A DNA stretch of 64,000 nt from Sphagnum compactum (taxonomy: Eukaryota). The notes below the pieces were generated by a model that had not been told where the DNA came from, did not search any database, and saw only the letters and a program-made list of their open reading frames with translations. Numbering within the stretch: the stretch's first letter is position 1; each line of letters opens with the position of its first letter. The stretch is from NCBI GenBank assembly GCA_965153455.1, contig OZ234493.1, forward strand, positions 34,648,213 through 34,712,212, given 5' to 3'. Shown in pieces: positions 1-11,522 of this stretch. Both the position numbers and the translations under genes were made by a program.

Positions 1-105
1 GTTGGGTTAACAATGACAATGTCCATCAAAGTTTGAAAACCATCATGGTGATAAGGATATCCACTTGTCATCAGGTGTGACGATGGAACAGGTGGGAAAC
101 CTTTG
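1..105 (-). mobile_element. Fragment of a non-LTR retrotransposon restriction-like endonuclease (RLE) C-terminal region, decayed and truncated by the window edge
   Basis: Minus-strand translation across a frameshift gives EVSHLFHRHT**QVDILIT / DGFQTLMDIVIVNP, resembling the D...D-V-x-I motif region of RLE-type non-LTR elements. Contains in-frame stops. Confidence 0.5.
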
Positions 106-851
106 ATTATTCCACTCCTTGAGATGAGCCAAAAGATCTGGAACCTTATTCCTGTCACTGTCTCTTTTGTCTTCATTAGGTTAGATTTCAATCTTCATAA
201 CCATGTTCCCATGTTTGAGAAAAAAATAATCACCATTTACACATCACCCCAAGAACATCCCCATCGCCCTGGGCTATTTAACATCACTTTGGGAGTTACC
301 TCCCATCCATGATGGATGAAAAAATTCCTCATCCCATCCAGTCCCCATAGGAGCTAATTTGATTAACCATGTTTCCGTTGTTGTTCCCTGTGGGTTCAAA
401 TGCTTTTTGGTTCACTGTGTTCCCAATGGCTGTAATCCGACGTCAGATTATGGCCATTGGCAACAAACTGAAGCAAAAAACCTCCAAATAAATCTATCTC
501 TAGTTTTCGTTTTTCTCTTAAATTTTTGGATTGTTGCAGGGTAGTATACAAATGTAAGTAACTTGTCGTCAATGCAGAGGGCTTGGGATCAAACCGCTCC
601 ACACTTGTTTTTTGGCCTTAAAATGCACAAGTGTTGCAACGCTGTCTGCAACACCCACCAACATAGGTATTGCAAAAATCTTGACCACAAAAAATTCTAA
701 GGCATGGGAACGAAACAATCAAGCTCATCCAACATCTTCTGTCCAGGTAAACATGATGGTTGTTTCCTCTCAGCCGTCTCCATTCTATTTGGGTCTCAAT
801 CAATGTTTACAACATCCGTCATACGTGGTTAATTATTCCCATCCCCACCCA

Positions 852-1288
852 TCTATCTATGAAGGAAGGTAGTTTGTTTGTTTTGTTTGTACTTATGAGA
901 TCCACCGAACCAGGATGCTTCAGATTGTGTTCTTGGTCTCTTTAGAAAGCTCTTGAGGAGGAGGGGTGCATTGGCTTGGTTCCATGACATTTGGACTTAC
1001 AGTGCAAAAGTTCTTGAATATTGAATGATTTCTTCACTGAAAATTAAATTAAATCGTAGCTGAGAATTTTGGAGGAATTGGAATGTCCTTTGGTGTTGTT
1101 GGCAAGATCTTGATGAGCAGGATTTAATGGAATTTACTTGGTAAGATTTGGATTCAGACTGTGGGAGAAATTGTTTTTAAGTGATTTCTGCTGCTGAAAA
1201 TTCAAATAAATTCCAAAAAGCCAGGATTTATAATGAAAAATCAGTTGAGGACGTGGTAACACTTGGGCCAACTGCACAGGCCACACTA
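852..1288 (+). mobile_element. Non-autonomous Helitron-like element
   Basis: Starts A|TC (atctatctatgaagg). Ends with a GC-rich subterminal sequence gggccaactgcacaggcc then cacacta|t (degenerate CTAG). No TSD. A related 5' end (tcctactattaaggcaggtagtttg) occurs inverted at 3135. Confidence 0.55.
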
Positions 1289-1916
1289 TAAACATGAAAA
1301 ATTAAGCAGCATAAAGTGAGAGGGTATCCAAATATCACCACCTGGACCAATCAGTATGACCAGCCAATCAAACACAAATCATTTCCTGGCCCTCCCGGAT
1401 GGAGGTCACTGTATCAAGGGTACAGTTACAGTCCTGAACTGACCTCCACACTATTTGAAATCTACTTCATCCAAAAAATAGTGTGTACATGTTGTTTTAC
1501 TGCTGTGGGTGCAAATAGATGCTGTTTGCTCTCACTCTGCCAATGTACCTTGCCTTAGGCAAAGGTGAAGAGTGCTCTACTGTTGCACCAACAAGTTGAT
1601 AGTTGACTACTGAGGTTAGAAGTGTCCACTGAGTGATCACCAACTTAGGAAGAGATTGCCCAAACGTTCCTAATAATTGCAATGGATAATCTATTTTGCA
1701 GTTTCTTGTTAATGTATGGCAAATGCATCCATCCGATGCAATAACAATTACCTTCTGTTCAGAGCTTTTCAAGCTTCTTTGATTGGCCCTCCTCCCATCT
1801 CTCACTGTGCATAATCCCTCCCCCTTCTTTTGTTTCTTGCATACATCATCCAGACAGAGGAGAATGGTTATGGATTTTCGTCCATGGAGAAGAAGGTTAT
1901 ATGTTTTTTCATTCAT

Positions 1917-2010
1917 AGCCATGCAGCACCTGTATAAATTTTCGTATCATCCTGTTAAGGACAAGCAAACTTATTTATATGTCAAGGGCTGGTAAGGTTT
2001 TGCGCGTTAT

Positions 2011-2043
<33 letters not shown>

Positions 2044-2075
2044 AGGCCCCCCGTCAATTCCTTTGAGTTTCAGCC
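1917..2075 (-). pseudogene. rrn18: Nuclear-inserted fragment of mitochondrial small-subunit (18S/rrn18) rRNA (NUMT)
   Basis: Reverse complement reads ggctgaaactcaaaggaattgacggggggcctgcacaagcggtggagcatgtggtttaattcgatataacgcgcaaaaccttaccagcccttgacatat...tgtccttaacaggatg...atacaggtgctgcatggc. This is the universal SSU core with plant-mitochondrial-type residues (gcctgcacaag, gcgcaaaacc, ccagcccttgac). Flanks are not rRNA. Confidence 0.85.
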
Positions 2076-2774
2076 TACAAGAAGGTTACTAAGCTTTTCA
2101 TCCACCCGCATGAGGGTTATGTGGTTGCTTTAAAACCTCTATACAAAAGATTATGTCTTGTGCCCAGCTCAAGGACACTGGTTACCGGAAATAACTTGGG
2201 CACTCTCTCACACCTCAGTTATTTCTGGTAACCGGCAGCCTCCCGCTGGTTACCTCATCCATAGTGCCAAGACAGGAATGTAAAGACCCACTCCAAAAAA
2301 TTTAGTGTACACAGAGGGCACCTTACCAAGTGCATTTTCTCCTCTAGTGTTTGTGGGGCTGTTTCAAAAAATCGAACATTTGCCAGAAACTTATTGCAAA
2401 TGAAGGGTATATTTAAGATTTCTATAAATTCTTGAATTTTCCATTGGTGGCATGAGGCATAAAACATGGTAAATGGAAAAAAAGGTGTCCATCATGTTGC
2501 ATCATTTGGTTTGTGAGACTGATACAACAACCAAAATAACATGAGAAACACATATTATGGAATATACATACTATGGCTTGTACCCTTGACCACATGATCT
2601 AATATTGAATGAATTTGGAGAGGCAAAGTGGTAGATCATCTTCTAAAACAGTGATTTGTTTTTGGGGAGAAAGATTTTTTTTTACAAAAATAATTGTGAA
2701 AGTTTTGGATAAATATGTCTTTCATGTGTAAAATCAACTAAAAGTTCTAACTTTTCAGAAAAAATTAAAATTTG

Positions 2775-3135
2775 GATTCTTGGCCAAAATTTCCAATGTC
2801 CAAAAATTCAATATCTCTCATACCTTAGATCTAAAATTACAAAATCACCTCCATAAAATTCTACTCATTGAGAGCTTTTCAAGAATATGAGGAGTGTGCC
2901 CCAATTTTCCTTTTTCTTTTTGTTTTGATTTTATTGAATTCTTGATGACAAAGTTGTCCAATATTCAATAACTCCTGCACCATATGTTTAAACATTACAA
3001 AATCACCTCATTGCACCTCTACTCATCCAGGGCTTTCCAACAACACCAAAAGTGCACAAGAGGTGTTGTGGTTTGGGAGATCTCAAGCTGACAAAACAAA
3101 ACAAAACAAGCAAACTACCTGCCTTAATAGTAGGA
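2775..3135 (-). mobile_element. Helitron-like repeat related to 852-1288 (inverted, 3' end decayed)
   Basis: Reverse complement begins tcctactattaaggcaggtagtttgcttgttttgttttg and shares internal motifs (tggtgttgttggaaagc, ttgaatattg) with 852-1288. Confidence 0.45.
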
Positions 3136-3996
3136 TTACAAAGGGTGTAACAAAGACAAAAGAACAGGAATGCAACAAGAGAGGTTGAATTCTTCAGCTG
3201 ATTGTAGGTAATCTTTGGAAGGTTAGAGTCTGAGGATTGCATTCTCACTCATATAGCATGGTTATGTGATCCATCAGTTGCATCATTTGGTGACAACTTT
3301 TTGTGGAATTATTTTGGAGGTTTCTGATTTTCCAAAGCAATTTTAACTAAATTTGTTGTTATTTTACATCTATGATTACTTTTTTGACTGCAACAAATTG
3401 AAAAAATAAAAAATAAAAAATCCCTCACTGCCAGGTAGATTTGTCATTTGTTTTGGATCCCAAATCTGCTTATTAACCTTCACATTTGATGAGCATCTTC
3501 TTCTTCTGCAGATAAGTGAGTCATTTTGCTTTGCAAATTCTAGACGCCAAAGGATTTGTGACAAGAGAAAAAACCCCTCTGTTTTCTAGCTGTCAGGGGC
3601 AAATTTGTTTTGGTCCCAGTTTCAATACAATTTGCTTCACAATGAAGGCTATTTCCAACCACATTGGTTAGAACATCTGTTGATATTGAAAAAATCTGTA
3701 AAGTTGGGTTCCTGGTCATACAATCTAATTGCAAGTTTTTCATACTGAACTCTGAGGAACTCTGTCAAAGCAAAATCTTCCTTGAAACTTCCCAAGCATG
3801 ATGCCTTTTCAAAGTGTTTTGGTTGAAACAAAGCCACAAAAGTCGTTAATATGTTCCTCATCTGATCAAAGATTTTTCTAGATGTTGTATTTAATTGTTG
3901 CATATTTTGGTTCAATTGGTTCTTTTTGCTTAGTAATATGCACAGACTGTCTTATATATATGTGAGTGGATCATCCATTTTGGCTTGTTGCCATCT

Positions 3997-5628
3997 TTAG
4001 GGTCTTGCTCTCCAATCCGGAGTCCAACTACATCTAGTTAATGAAAAAGTATCTAGACCTATATGTGTGTTACTGAGATATGGAAATTGGGATTTTGACC
4101 ATTTGTTGGAAACCAGATTATACATCACTATTGTCCCAACCTGACTGATCTCATCAAATCCAGGGACCCAAAAACACAAAGTTTGCAAACTAGCTGAACA
4201 GAAGTACTCTTTTAGGGATGTTTCACTCTGAAACAATGTCTGAAACATGCCCTTAGGCATTTTGCTTTGTAGTTTGAAACAACCAGTTGGAAATCCTCCA
4301 TCCATAACCATGACTTCATAAACTTCAATTGTGTCAGATTGTTTGGTTGATCGAGTCACTGCAAACACAGGGTCCCCGGGTTTACATTGCAACAACCTTG
4401 GAACTTGCATATCTTCCCGGGGAAGGTCATCAACACCAAGTACTTCAAAATCAACCGAGTGCCACCGTAATGTGGAACTTTGTAAAAAAAAGATCTTGTT
4501 TGCCCACAATTTGCATTCCTTGTACCGCCATAATGTGTCTTGTGGTACATTCTCAACAACGATCCCTTCTTGAAACTCTCCATCATCTTTTTTCCTGCAT
4601 TTGTCAGTCCGTACTTGGATCACTTCATTTGTTTCTTCTTGGCCTCCAAGGAAAAACCCATCTGGAAGTACAGCTAAACTTGGTTTCGCTGACTTTGAGA
4701 GGCGAGCATGTCCAACAACAGTCCCAGATATCCATGTATCAGCTCTTGAATCATAAGTCATCAAAACCAATTCATCTTGAGCACTCTGATTCAGAGTTGC
4801 TGGCTGGTGATGGGTTCCAACAACATGCAACCGGTATCTATTTCGAGCGGGTTGAGCATGAGTTGATATATTATTATCTGGTAAACTTGTTTGAGTTGGA
4901 ACTGTGATTTGCATCCAAGCTATCTTTCCATCCAAAGTCTTATTTGTATGCCTTGGGATAAACTTGATCTCTTGTGTAAGAGGATTACACACTAAGAGAA
5001 TTGATTGTTGTGGGTATAGGTTGAAGTTATAATCGTTTGCATAGGGGATTGGTGGAGTCCCAGGGTTTGTAAGCCTGGGTTGTACCCCACCATTGACACA
5101 TAAAAGTCCTCCATCCCCAGCAATCACATCCTTCACATTGTTGGGAAGAAAACTCAACTGAGGCATGCCAAACCAAGCCTTTTGGTTTGGATTGTATGCA
5201 ACAAAGTCACCATTTGATTGATTGACAATAGCTGGAAAATAGAGTTCATACGTACGCCTTTCTACATCCTTTAACATGCCAGGATGCCACATATTAACCA
5301 CACTAGTAGCCTGCTTCTTGCTTTGAACTTGTGTTCCATCAGATTTGCCATGCCGCCAGTTCTTCCAAGCAAGCTCCAAGGTATTGCTACTCAAAATTTG
5401 GGTATTGATTTTGCAAATCTCAACAGGGTCAAGTTTGTCCCATTCAAAATGGGGTCCAAGCAGTTTATTGATCCGTCTATGTAAAAGGGTTTCCTCTAAC
5501 AGCTTCGGGTGGTGTTCAGGAGATTTGAATTCTCTCAATTTGGGTGACCATGGTCTTTTTGGAGATTTGGATTCATCCACTGTTTGTGTTGCAATATCAA
5601 TAGCTTTTCGACATTTGCAGCAGAACAT
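3997..5628 (-). CDS. F-box/kelch-associated-domain-like protein (divergent), single exon, 543 aa
   Basis: Long uninterrupted ORF. First ATG at 5628 (the ORF track starts at an upstream TTG). Motifs typical of plant F-box/kelch beta-propeller proteins: AYNPNQKAW..PQLSFLP, VIAGDGGLLCVNGG, LLVCNPLTQEIKFIP, YDSRADTW, YNLVSNKWSK. No clear canonical F-box. Confidence 0.75.
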   Translation of the reverse strand: MFCCKCRKAIDIATQTVDESKSPKRPWSPKLREFKSPEHHPKLLEETLLHRRINKLLGPHFEWDKLDPVEICKINTQILSSNTLELAWKNWRHGKSDGTQVQSKKQATSVVNMWHPGMLKDVERRTYELYFPAIVNQSNGDFVAYNPNQKAWFGMPQLSFLPNNVKDVIAGDGGLLCVNGGVQPRLTNPGTPPIPYANDYNFNLYPQQSILLVCNPLTQEIKFIPRHTNKTLDGKIAWMQITVPTQTSLPDNNISTHAQPARNRYRLHVVGTHHQPATLNQSAQDELVLMTYDSRADTWISGTVVGHARLSKSAKPSLAVLPDGFFLGGQEETNEVIQVRTDKCRKKDDGEFQEGIVVENVPQDTLWRYKECKLWANKIFFLQSSTLRWHSVDFEVLGVDDLPREDMQVPRLLQCKPGDPVFAVTRSTKQSDTIEVYEVMVMDGGFPTGCFKLQSKMPKGMFQTLFQSETSLKEYFCSASLQTLCFWVPGFDEISQVGTIVMYNLVSNKWSKSQFPYLSNTHIGLDTFSLTRCSWTPDWRARP

Positions 5629-6837
5629 TGGCAAACTGTTCGACTAGTTCTTCAAACAAATTGCTCAATTTTGTTCGATTCAGAAAGTTCAAAAACTTTC
5701 TTGATCAAGGTAACCTATCTGTTACAAAAAAATCATCATGGTACAGAGTGACATTATGTTATTGGTCCATCCTTTGACACAAACACAAGTTTTGAGCATG
5801 ACCTAATTAATTAATTCATTTTTTTCATCAAAAACCCATGATCACAGCCTTCCTGAACCTGGAGTGCGAAACATTTTGACATGAGACTCATGCTTCAAAA
5901 GCTATAAGATCTCAACATTAGCATTAACCCTCTGAGAAATTGCACACAAACATGGACTCTATCCAAGGAGAAAATGAACAACTCTCAATAACAGTTTGCT
6001 TGAGCATTGCTCTATGTACAGATGATGGTGATATTATGCACAAATCCATAGTCACAAAATTGGCTTTTCATCATGAATAATTCTGAGGGCAAAGCAGAGA
6101 TATGCGTTGTCTCCCTCACGGTTTCTTCAGGGTTAACAAAATGAAGTCAAGAGTGATAGGCAGTTTTGAACCTTCTGGTTGAAGCAAACACCTTCTCAAA
6201 GTCATTCAAAGGCCGTGTCCTTTGCATCTTTGGCATTAACAGTTACTGCTCCTATGTTGGAGATCAGTAGGTTTGTGATCTATTCAATGTGGAGAGTACC
6301 CATAATAATCAAACATAAACTTTGTAAATTTTCCAGCTCAAAATGGTCTAATTTTCTGTCCTTCCGTAATCCCTACTAGATGGTTACCACTGGAAAACTA
6401 TCCCCAAACTGTTGGTCTGTATCTATGTGTATGAATCCTTAGAATCTTAGCCTCAATATCACATGAACAATATCAACAAAAGGTATTGAGAACATCCTGG
6501 GAATGTTTGGGAACAAGTATTACTATCTCCAACACAATGAGGAAACTTTGAAAATGTAATTAGGCTACCACAAACCATTCATTTGGAAAGTAGTCAGCAA
6601 CCATGGGAATGATGAAATTGGTATTGTGGGAACTTAGAAAAAGCAAACAAAAGTGTTGGCAACACTACTCAACTCAACAGTTCCCAGACCTGCAGGCCAT
6701 ACAGTTAATAATGTCATAACTAACCATAATTAAAATGAATCTTGAGAGCAGAATTAGATTATTGTGTCATTAGCTAAATCAGTTTTAGAAGGATCTGTGA
6801 GATCCAACTTGAAACTTTGGGGGGGGGGAGGTGGGGG

Positions 6838-7172
6838 GGGCAATTTAACACAGGAGATTATACTTCTCCCCCCATTGAGCTTCATGGGAATTGTTGTTTC
6901 GTGCCTTGGATGATTTTGTGAAGAATTGTGCAATTCATTTTTTGATGTTCTATGTAGAACAAAATGTTCTTAGTGAGATTCAAACCCACCATTAGCAAAG
7001 TTATTATTACTTTCTACTTGAAAAAGAATGTATTTGATTTTATTTTTTTATTTTATTTTTTTCTTAAATTTTTAGTCAAAATGATAGAGCTGCATAGGGT
7101 GTTGTAACCTTTTTCTAACACCCTAGCAAAGTTTGATGGGGGGAGGGTGTTTATGTTCTCTCAATTTAACTT
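6838..7172. mobile_element. MITE-like element with ~40 bp imperfect terminal inverted repeats
   Basis: caatttaacacaggagattatacttctccccccattgagctt at the left matches the reverse complement of aagtttgatgggggagggtgtttatgttctctcaatttaacttc at the right. Confidence 0.4.
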
Positions 7173-7458
7173 CGTACATTGGGAATAATGTACAAATATG
7201 ATGTGTTCTATCATATGATATTTGCAGAAAGTTTTTGGTAATTTGTTTTGGAATTCAAATCCAGTGTTGGGTTGTTATTAGAAACATGAAAAAACCCTTG
7301 ACAATTATGGTGGTGGTTCTTAGGTTTCATAATCATGGGTGTTAAAAAAAACCAGTTTTGATATATAACCTTAGTTCTCAAAGAAATTGAAAGGAAATAA
7401 CTCCACTATAATCATTGTGTTTTGTCATTCTCATTGTTCCTATCATTCCATGACAAGG

Positions 7459-10400
7459 AAACAACTAGAAAAACATTTCATTGACAAGGGATTTGCTAAC
7501 AAAAAATTTCTAACCAAATTTGTTTTAATGTCATAGATGAACCCATTGGACACAATGGAACAACATGTGAACATGCCCAAAGTTAGGGCAAAAAAACGCG
7601 ATGAATCAAAGCTTGACTTCTTGATGAAGTGAAGGTCATGGTACTCCTCATCAGTTTACCAAAAAGTTATCAACATCTAATCATTGCCTTGGAGTCTTTG
7701 AAGTTAGAAGATCGCACATGAAATGATGCACAAGATTGTTGAATAAAAAATCACTCTATCAATATGTCTTCAAGTTCACTATGTGCTTCATTATATTTTG
7801 AGTGAAGTTGAAAAACATTTACCATGGTGAAAGTGGTCAACCCTTTAGTAAATAAAAACTAGTTGGACAGATAGGTGAATTCATTAATAGTTAATCAAAT
7901 TCGTTAATAATTAAATCAATAATAATTAAATACGAACCTAAACTAAGCACGTAGGAACCTTCATTAAGTTCCTAACTTAAGTTAGAAACTTAATTCACCA
8001 ACTTATGGTGCAAGTGTGAAGGTTTGAACCTTTCATGTCCTTTCATCTTCACATTTCAAAAACAAGTTTTTAACCATTAACCCACTAGTTAAATGAATTT
8101 TCTTTTTGTCATCACATATTATTATGCATTTATTTTTTTAACTTCGATAATTCTTGACAATTTTATTGTAAATTATTTTAAATTATTTTATCATAGGCTA
8201 TATTCATTATTTTAGGCCATTTTATCATAGGCTATTGTTGTTATTATATGGTAAGATATTCTTGGTTATTTAAAACTATCTTATTATAGGTTATTCTTAA
8301 TTATTCTAAATTATTATACAACAAGTTATTTTTGGTTAATTTAAGTTATTTCACTGCAAACTATTTTAGGTTATTTTAGATTATTCTACTTTAGGTTATT
8401 CTGCCTTAAGTTATTATATGCAATTTTTCAATATCTTATTTTACCTTTATTTATTATATTATATTTCAAGTCATTTGAAGTTATTATACCTTGAAATAAA
8501 ATAACCTATAATAACATAGAGTAAAAATGACTTTGAATAACCTAAAGTATAGCATAAGGCTCATTAATTGGTTTAGCTTAAAATAACATAAAGGTATAGC
8601 ATAGAGTAACCTAGGGTATTTCAAACAACATAAAATAAACTTATTTACCATAATAAATTATAATAGTGAATTATGTCAATTAATTGAAACATGATGTTTA
8701 ATAGTGAACCTATAATGAAATAAGTTTAACCAAGGTGAAATCACTAACCAATGTAGTGAACATATTCAATTTTAAAGTCCCATAGTCATTTAGGCCAATG
8801 AACTACACACCATTTTCATATTAATGAATTGATGTGGAAAGAAAAAAGCAGGACTGATGAAGTAGTTTTGTTCATGCAAAAGCAATCTGATTTCAAGAAA
8901 GGTATGAAAGATAGGAGCAAAAATGTTTACAACTATTACAAGCCATTGATATAGAAATTGTAAGAAAAGAAAAATTGACATGGGGTTGACATATTGCAAA
9001 AGAAAAAGGCAAAAGAAGGAAATATTGCAAAAAACAAAAATGCATTTGTTTTTGCATTATTGGTTTCTTATGAAACAAATGCATGGTACATTGATTTTAG
9101 AACATCAATGCATATATTTGTTCATAAAAAAATGGTTTCATGATTATGAGAATATCATCTTTATAAAGGTTTACATGGGAAATAACTCAATTTAAGAGGC
9201 TATAGGAAAAGGTAATGTGGACATTACCATGGAAATAACAAAAAATGTTATCAAGAACTTTCATTAGTGGAGGTAGGCCTAAGAACTCAAAATGCAATCT
9301 GAAATTTCAGAGTGCCATGTGGTCATAAGCACCTTCACAATTTTTTGAAGATTAATACACTTTCATATCAAACCAAATGAGGACAAAACTTGAGGCCAAA
9401 AGAATGAAATGCATGTTTATGATGAATATAGTGTTAATTCAAAAGCCTACCAACTAATTGATTTTGCAATTGGAAAACTCAAGGTGAGTAGGGATGTGGT
9501 CAAGATTAATGAAGCAAAAATTTCAAGTTCAAAGTTGGATGCTATTTTAGCTCCAATCTCTAGATAGGTGTTGGGTAAAAACACCTAAGCCATGGTTGAT
9601 AACGAATTAAATCAAGATTAAAGACTTGACAAAGTTGCAAATCTCCAACATGGTGAAGCTAGTTTGAGAAATGTAGATAATGAAACTAGTGGAATTTTGG
9701 ATGTAGTTAACGTAACAATAGAAAATAATGTTGATGAAAAAGAAGGAGATGTTGTACAGAAGGGGAAGCTACTACTAAAGAGCCCCACTTGACCTTAAAG
9801 AAATTGAGCCATAATCAATGACTATCTAGGTTGCACGGACATGTGAAAATTTGCTAAGAATGAGAACATTCTACCAAACTCTGAAGAACACATGTACACA
9901 TTGCCAATAAGTATAATTGTAACATTATTGAAATCGGTGAACCACAAAAATTATTAGAGGCACTAGAAGAGGAGGATGCAAAGTTGTGGAAACAAACTAG
10001 CAATGAAAAGTACTAGTCTTTTATCAAGAATGGAACATGGGAGTTGATTAAACTTCTGAATGGTAGGAGACCTATGAATTGAAAATGTTTGGGTGAAACA
10101 CAATGTAGAAGGGGGAAATAATTGTTACAAGGCCCAATTAGTGGCAAGAGGGTTCTCACAAATTCATGGCATTGATTTTGACAAGATGCATATGAATGTA
10201 ACCAAGTTCATGTCAATTAGAACAATGCTTATGCTTGGAACAATACTGGATTTGGAAATTCACCAAGTGGATGTAAAGTGTGCATTTTTTAATGGAGAAT
10301 TATCCAAAGGAATCTATATGATGAAGCCAAAAAGGTTCAAAGTTCCAAAAACCAAACAGATCCTAGTGTGCAAGTTGAAGAAATCCATCTATGGATTGAA

Positions 10401-11522
10401 GCAATCTCAAAGAGTTTAAAACACAACAATCAATAAATTTTTCAAAAGGAATGAATTCGTTAGGTACTAGTCTGGTTATAGTGTTTATGTAGTGGCAATA
10501 GGCATTGCAAATGCCATGTTTCTAGTTTTGTACATTGATGATTTATTAATCTTCAATAAGAATGTGAGGGCATTAGAAAATGTGAAAAGGAAACTTTCTA
10601 GAAAGTTTGACATGAAAGATTTGGGGGAAATATTGTATTGTCTTGGGATGCAAATTAGATGAAACAGGGAGGAGAAGAACATCAGACTTGGTCAAAGAGG
10701 AACAATGAATACATCGTTATAAGTTTTGGAATGGAGAACTTTAGGCTTGAAAACATGCCCTAGATAACAACACAAAGCTCAACAAGGATGAGATGCCGAT
10801 GGATTAGTAAAAACTTGAAGAGAGGAAACATGTGCCATATAAACAAACTATGGGTTATTTCATGTATGCGATGGTAGAAACAAGACTAAACATCATTAAA
10901 TCTTTGGGGGATCTTAAATCAATTTATGCAAAAACCCATATTAGAACATGGGAAAGTGGTCACACATCTTGAGATACTTGCAAGGAATTAAAAAATATTG
11001 GCTTCATTATTTTGGAGTACAAAATGAATCTAATAGTGTAGTAATCATTAGTGGGTCTTATGATTTTTACTAGGGTGGTGATTGAGATTTTCAATGATCA
11101 ACAATTAGCTTCACATTCCTCTTAAACCAATGCAACTATAAGTTGGTCAAAAAAAAATAAAATCTTTTACTACATTATCAACAACAAATGTAAAAAACAT
11201 GGTTGCTTCAAGTAATGTAAGTGAAGCCATATGGTTTTTAAGAGAGCTTGGATTTTCTTAATTAGTTGTAATAGTGATAATAATTGATAATCAGGGAAGT
11301 ATTGTTTTCATAAAAAATCCTATCCACCACAATAGGACTAAACATATTGACATATGACATCATTACATAAGAAAGGTGGTAGTTGTAGGCGAAATAGAAT
11401 TTAAGTATTGTAACATTGTTGATATGTCTACATATATATTCACAAAACCATTGTTAGTAGACAAACACACATGTTGCATGCAAATGTTAGGATTGAAGAA
11501 ATTTGGTCAAGGGGGAATGTTG
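7459..11522 (+). mobile_element. Decayed Ty1/Copia LTR retrotransposon (gag-pol relic) interrupted by an AT-rich insertion at ~7750-8870
   Basis: gag-like EVKVMVLLISLPKSYQHLIIALE (~7626-7695). Integrase C-term-like RTKLEAK...YSVNSKAYQL...VSRDV (~9380-9500). RT motifs YKAQLVARGFSQIHGIDF, HQVDVKCAFFNG, LKKSIYGLKQS and LYIDDLLI (YIDD at 10531). RNase H DNQG...NPIHHNRTKHIDI (~11290-11355). Polypurine tract aagggggaa at 11509-11517 followed by TGTTG. Many stops and frameshifts. Confidence 0.9.
8160..8660. repeat. Foldback-like AT-rich repeat: ttattttaggttatt-type units, then their reverse complement
   Basis: Degenerate (t/a)aggttatt units up to ~8490, switching to aataacct/ataaccta units after ~8495. 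Confidence 0.5.

Noticed and set aside
1917-2075. Functional rRNA gene or bacterial contig
   Set aside because: Only ~160 bp, embedded in plant nuclear repeats. Treated as a NUMT.
4329-4907. 192-aa antisense ORF over the F-box/kelch-like gene
   Set aside because: Shadow ORF with a GTG start and no recognisable motifs.
8006-8095. tRNA gene on the minus strand (ggttcaaacc T-loop, ends gcacca)
   Set aside because: No convincing acceptor, D or anticodon stems. At best a decayed tRNA-derived/SINE-like piece inside a TE insertion.
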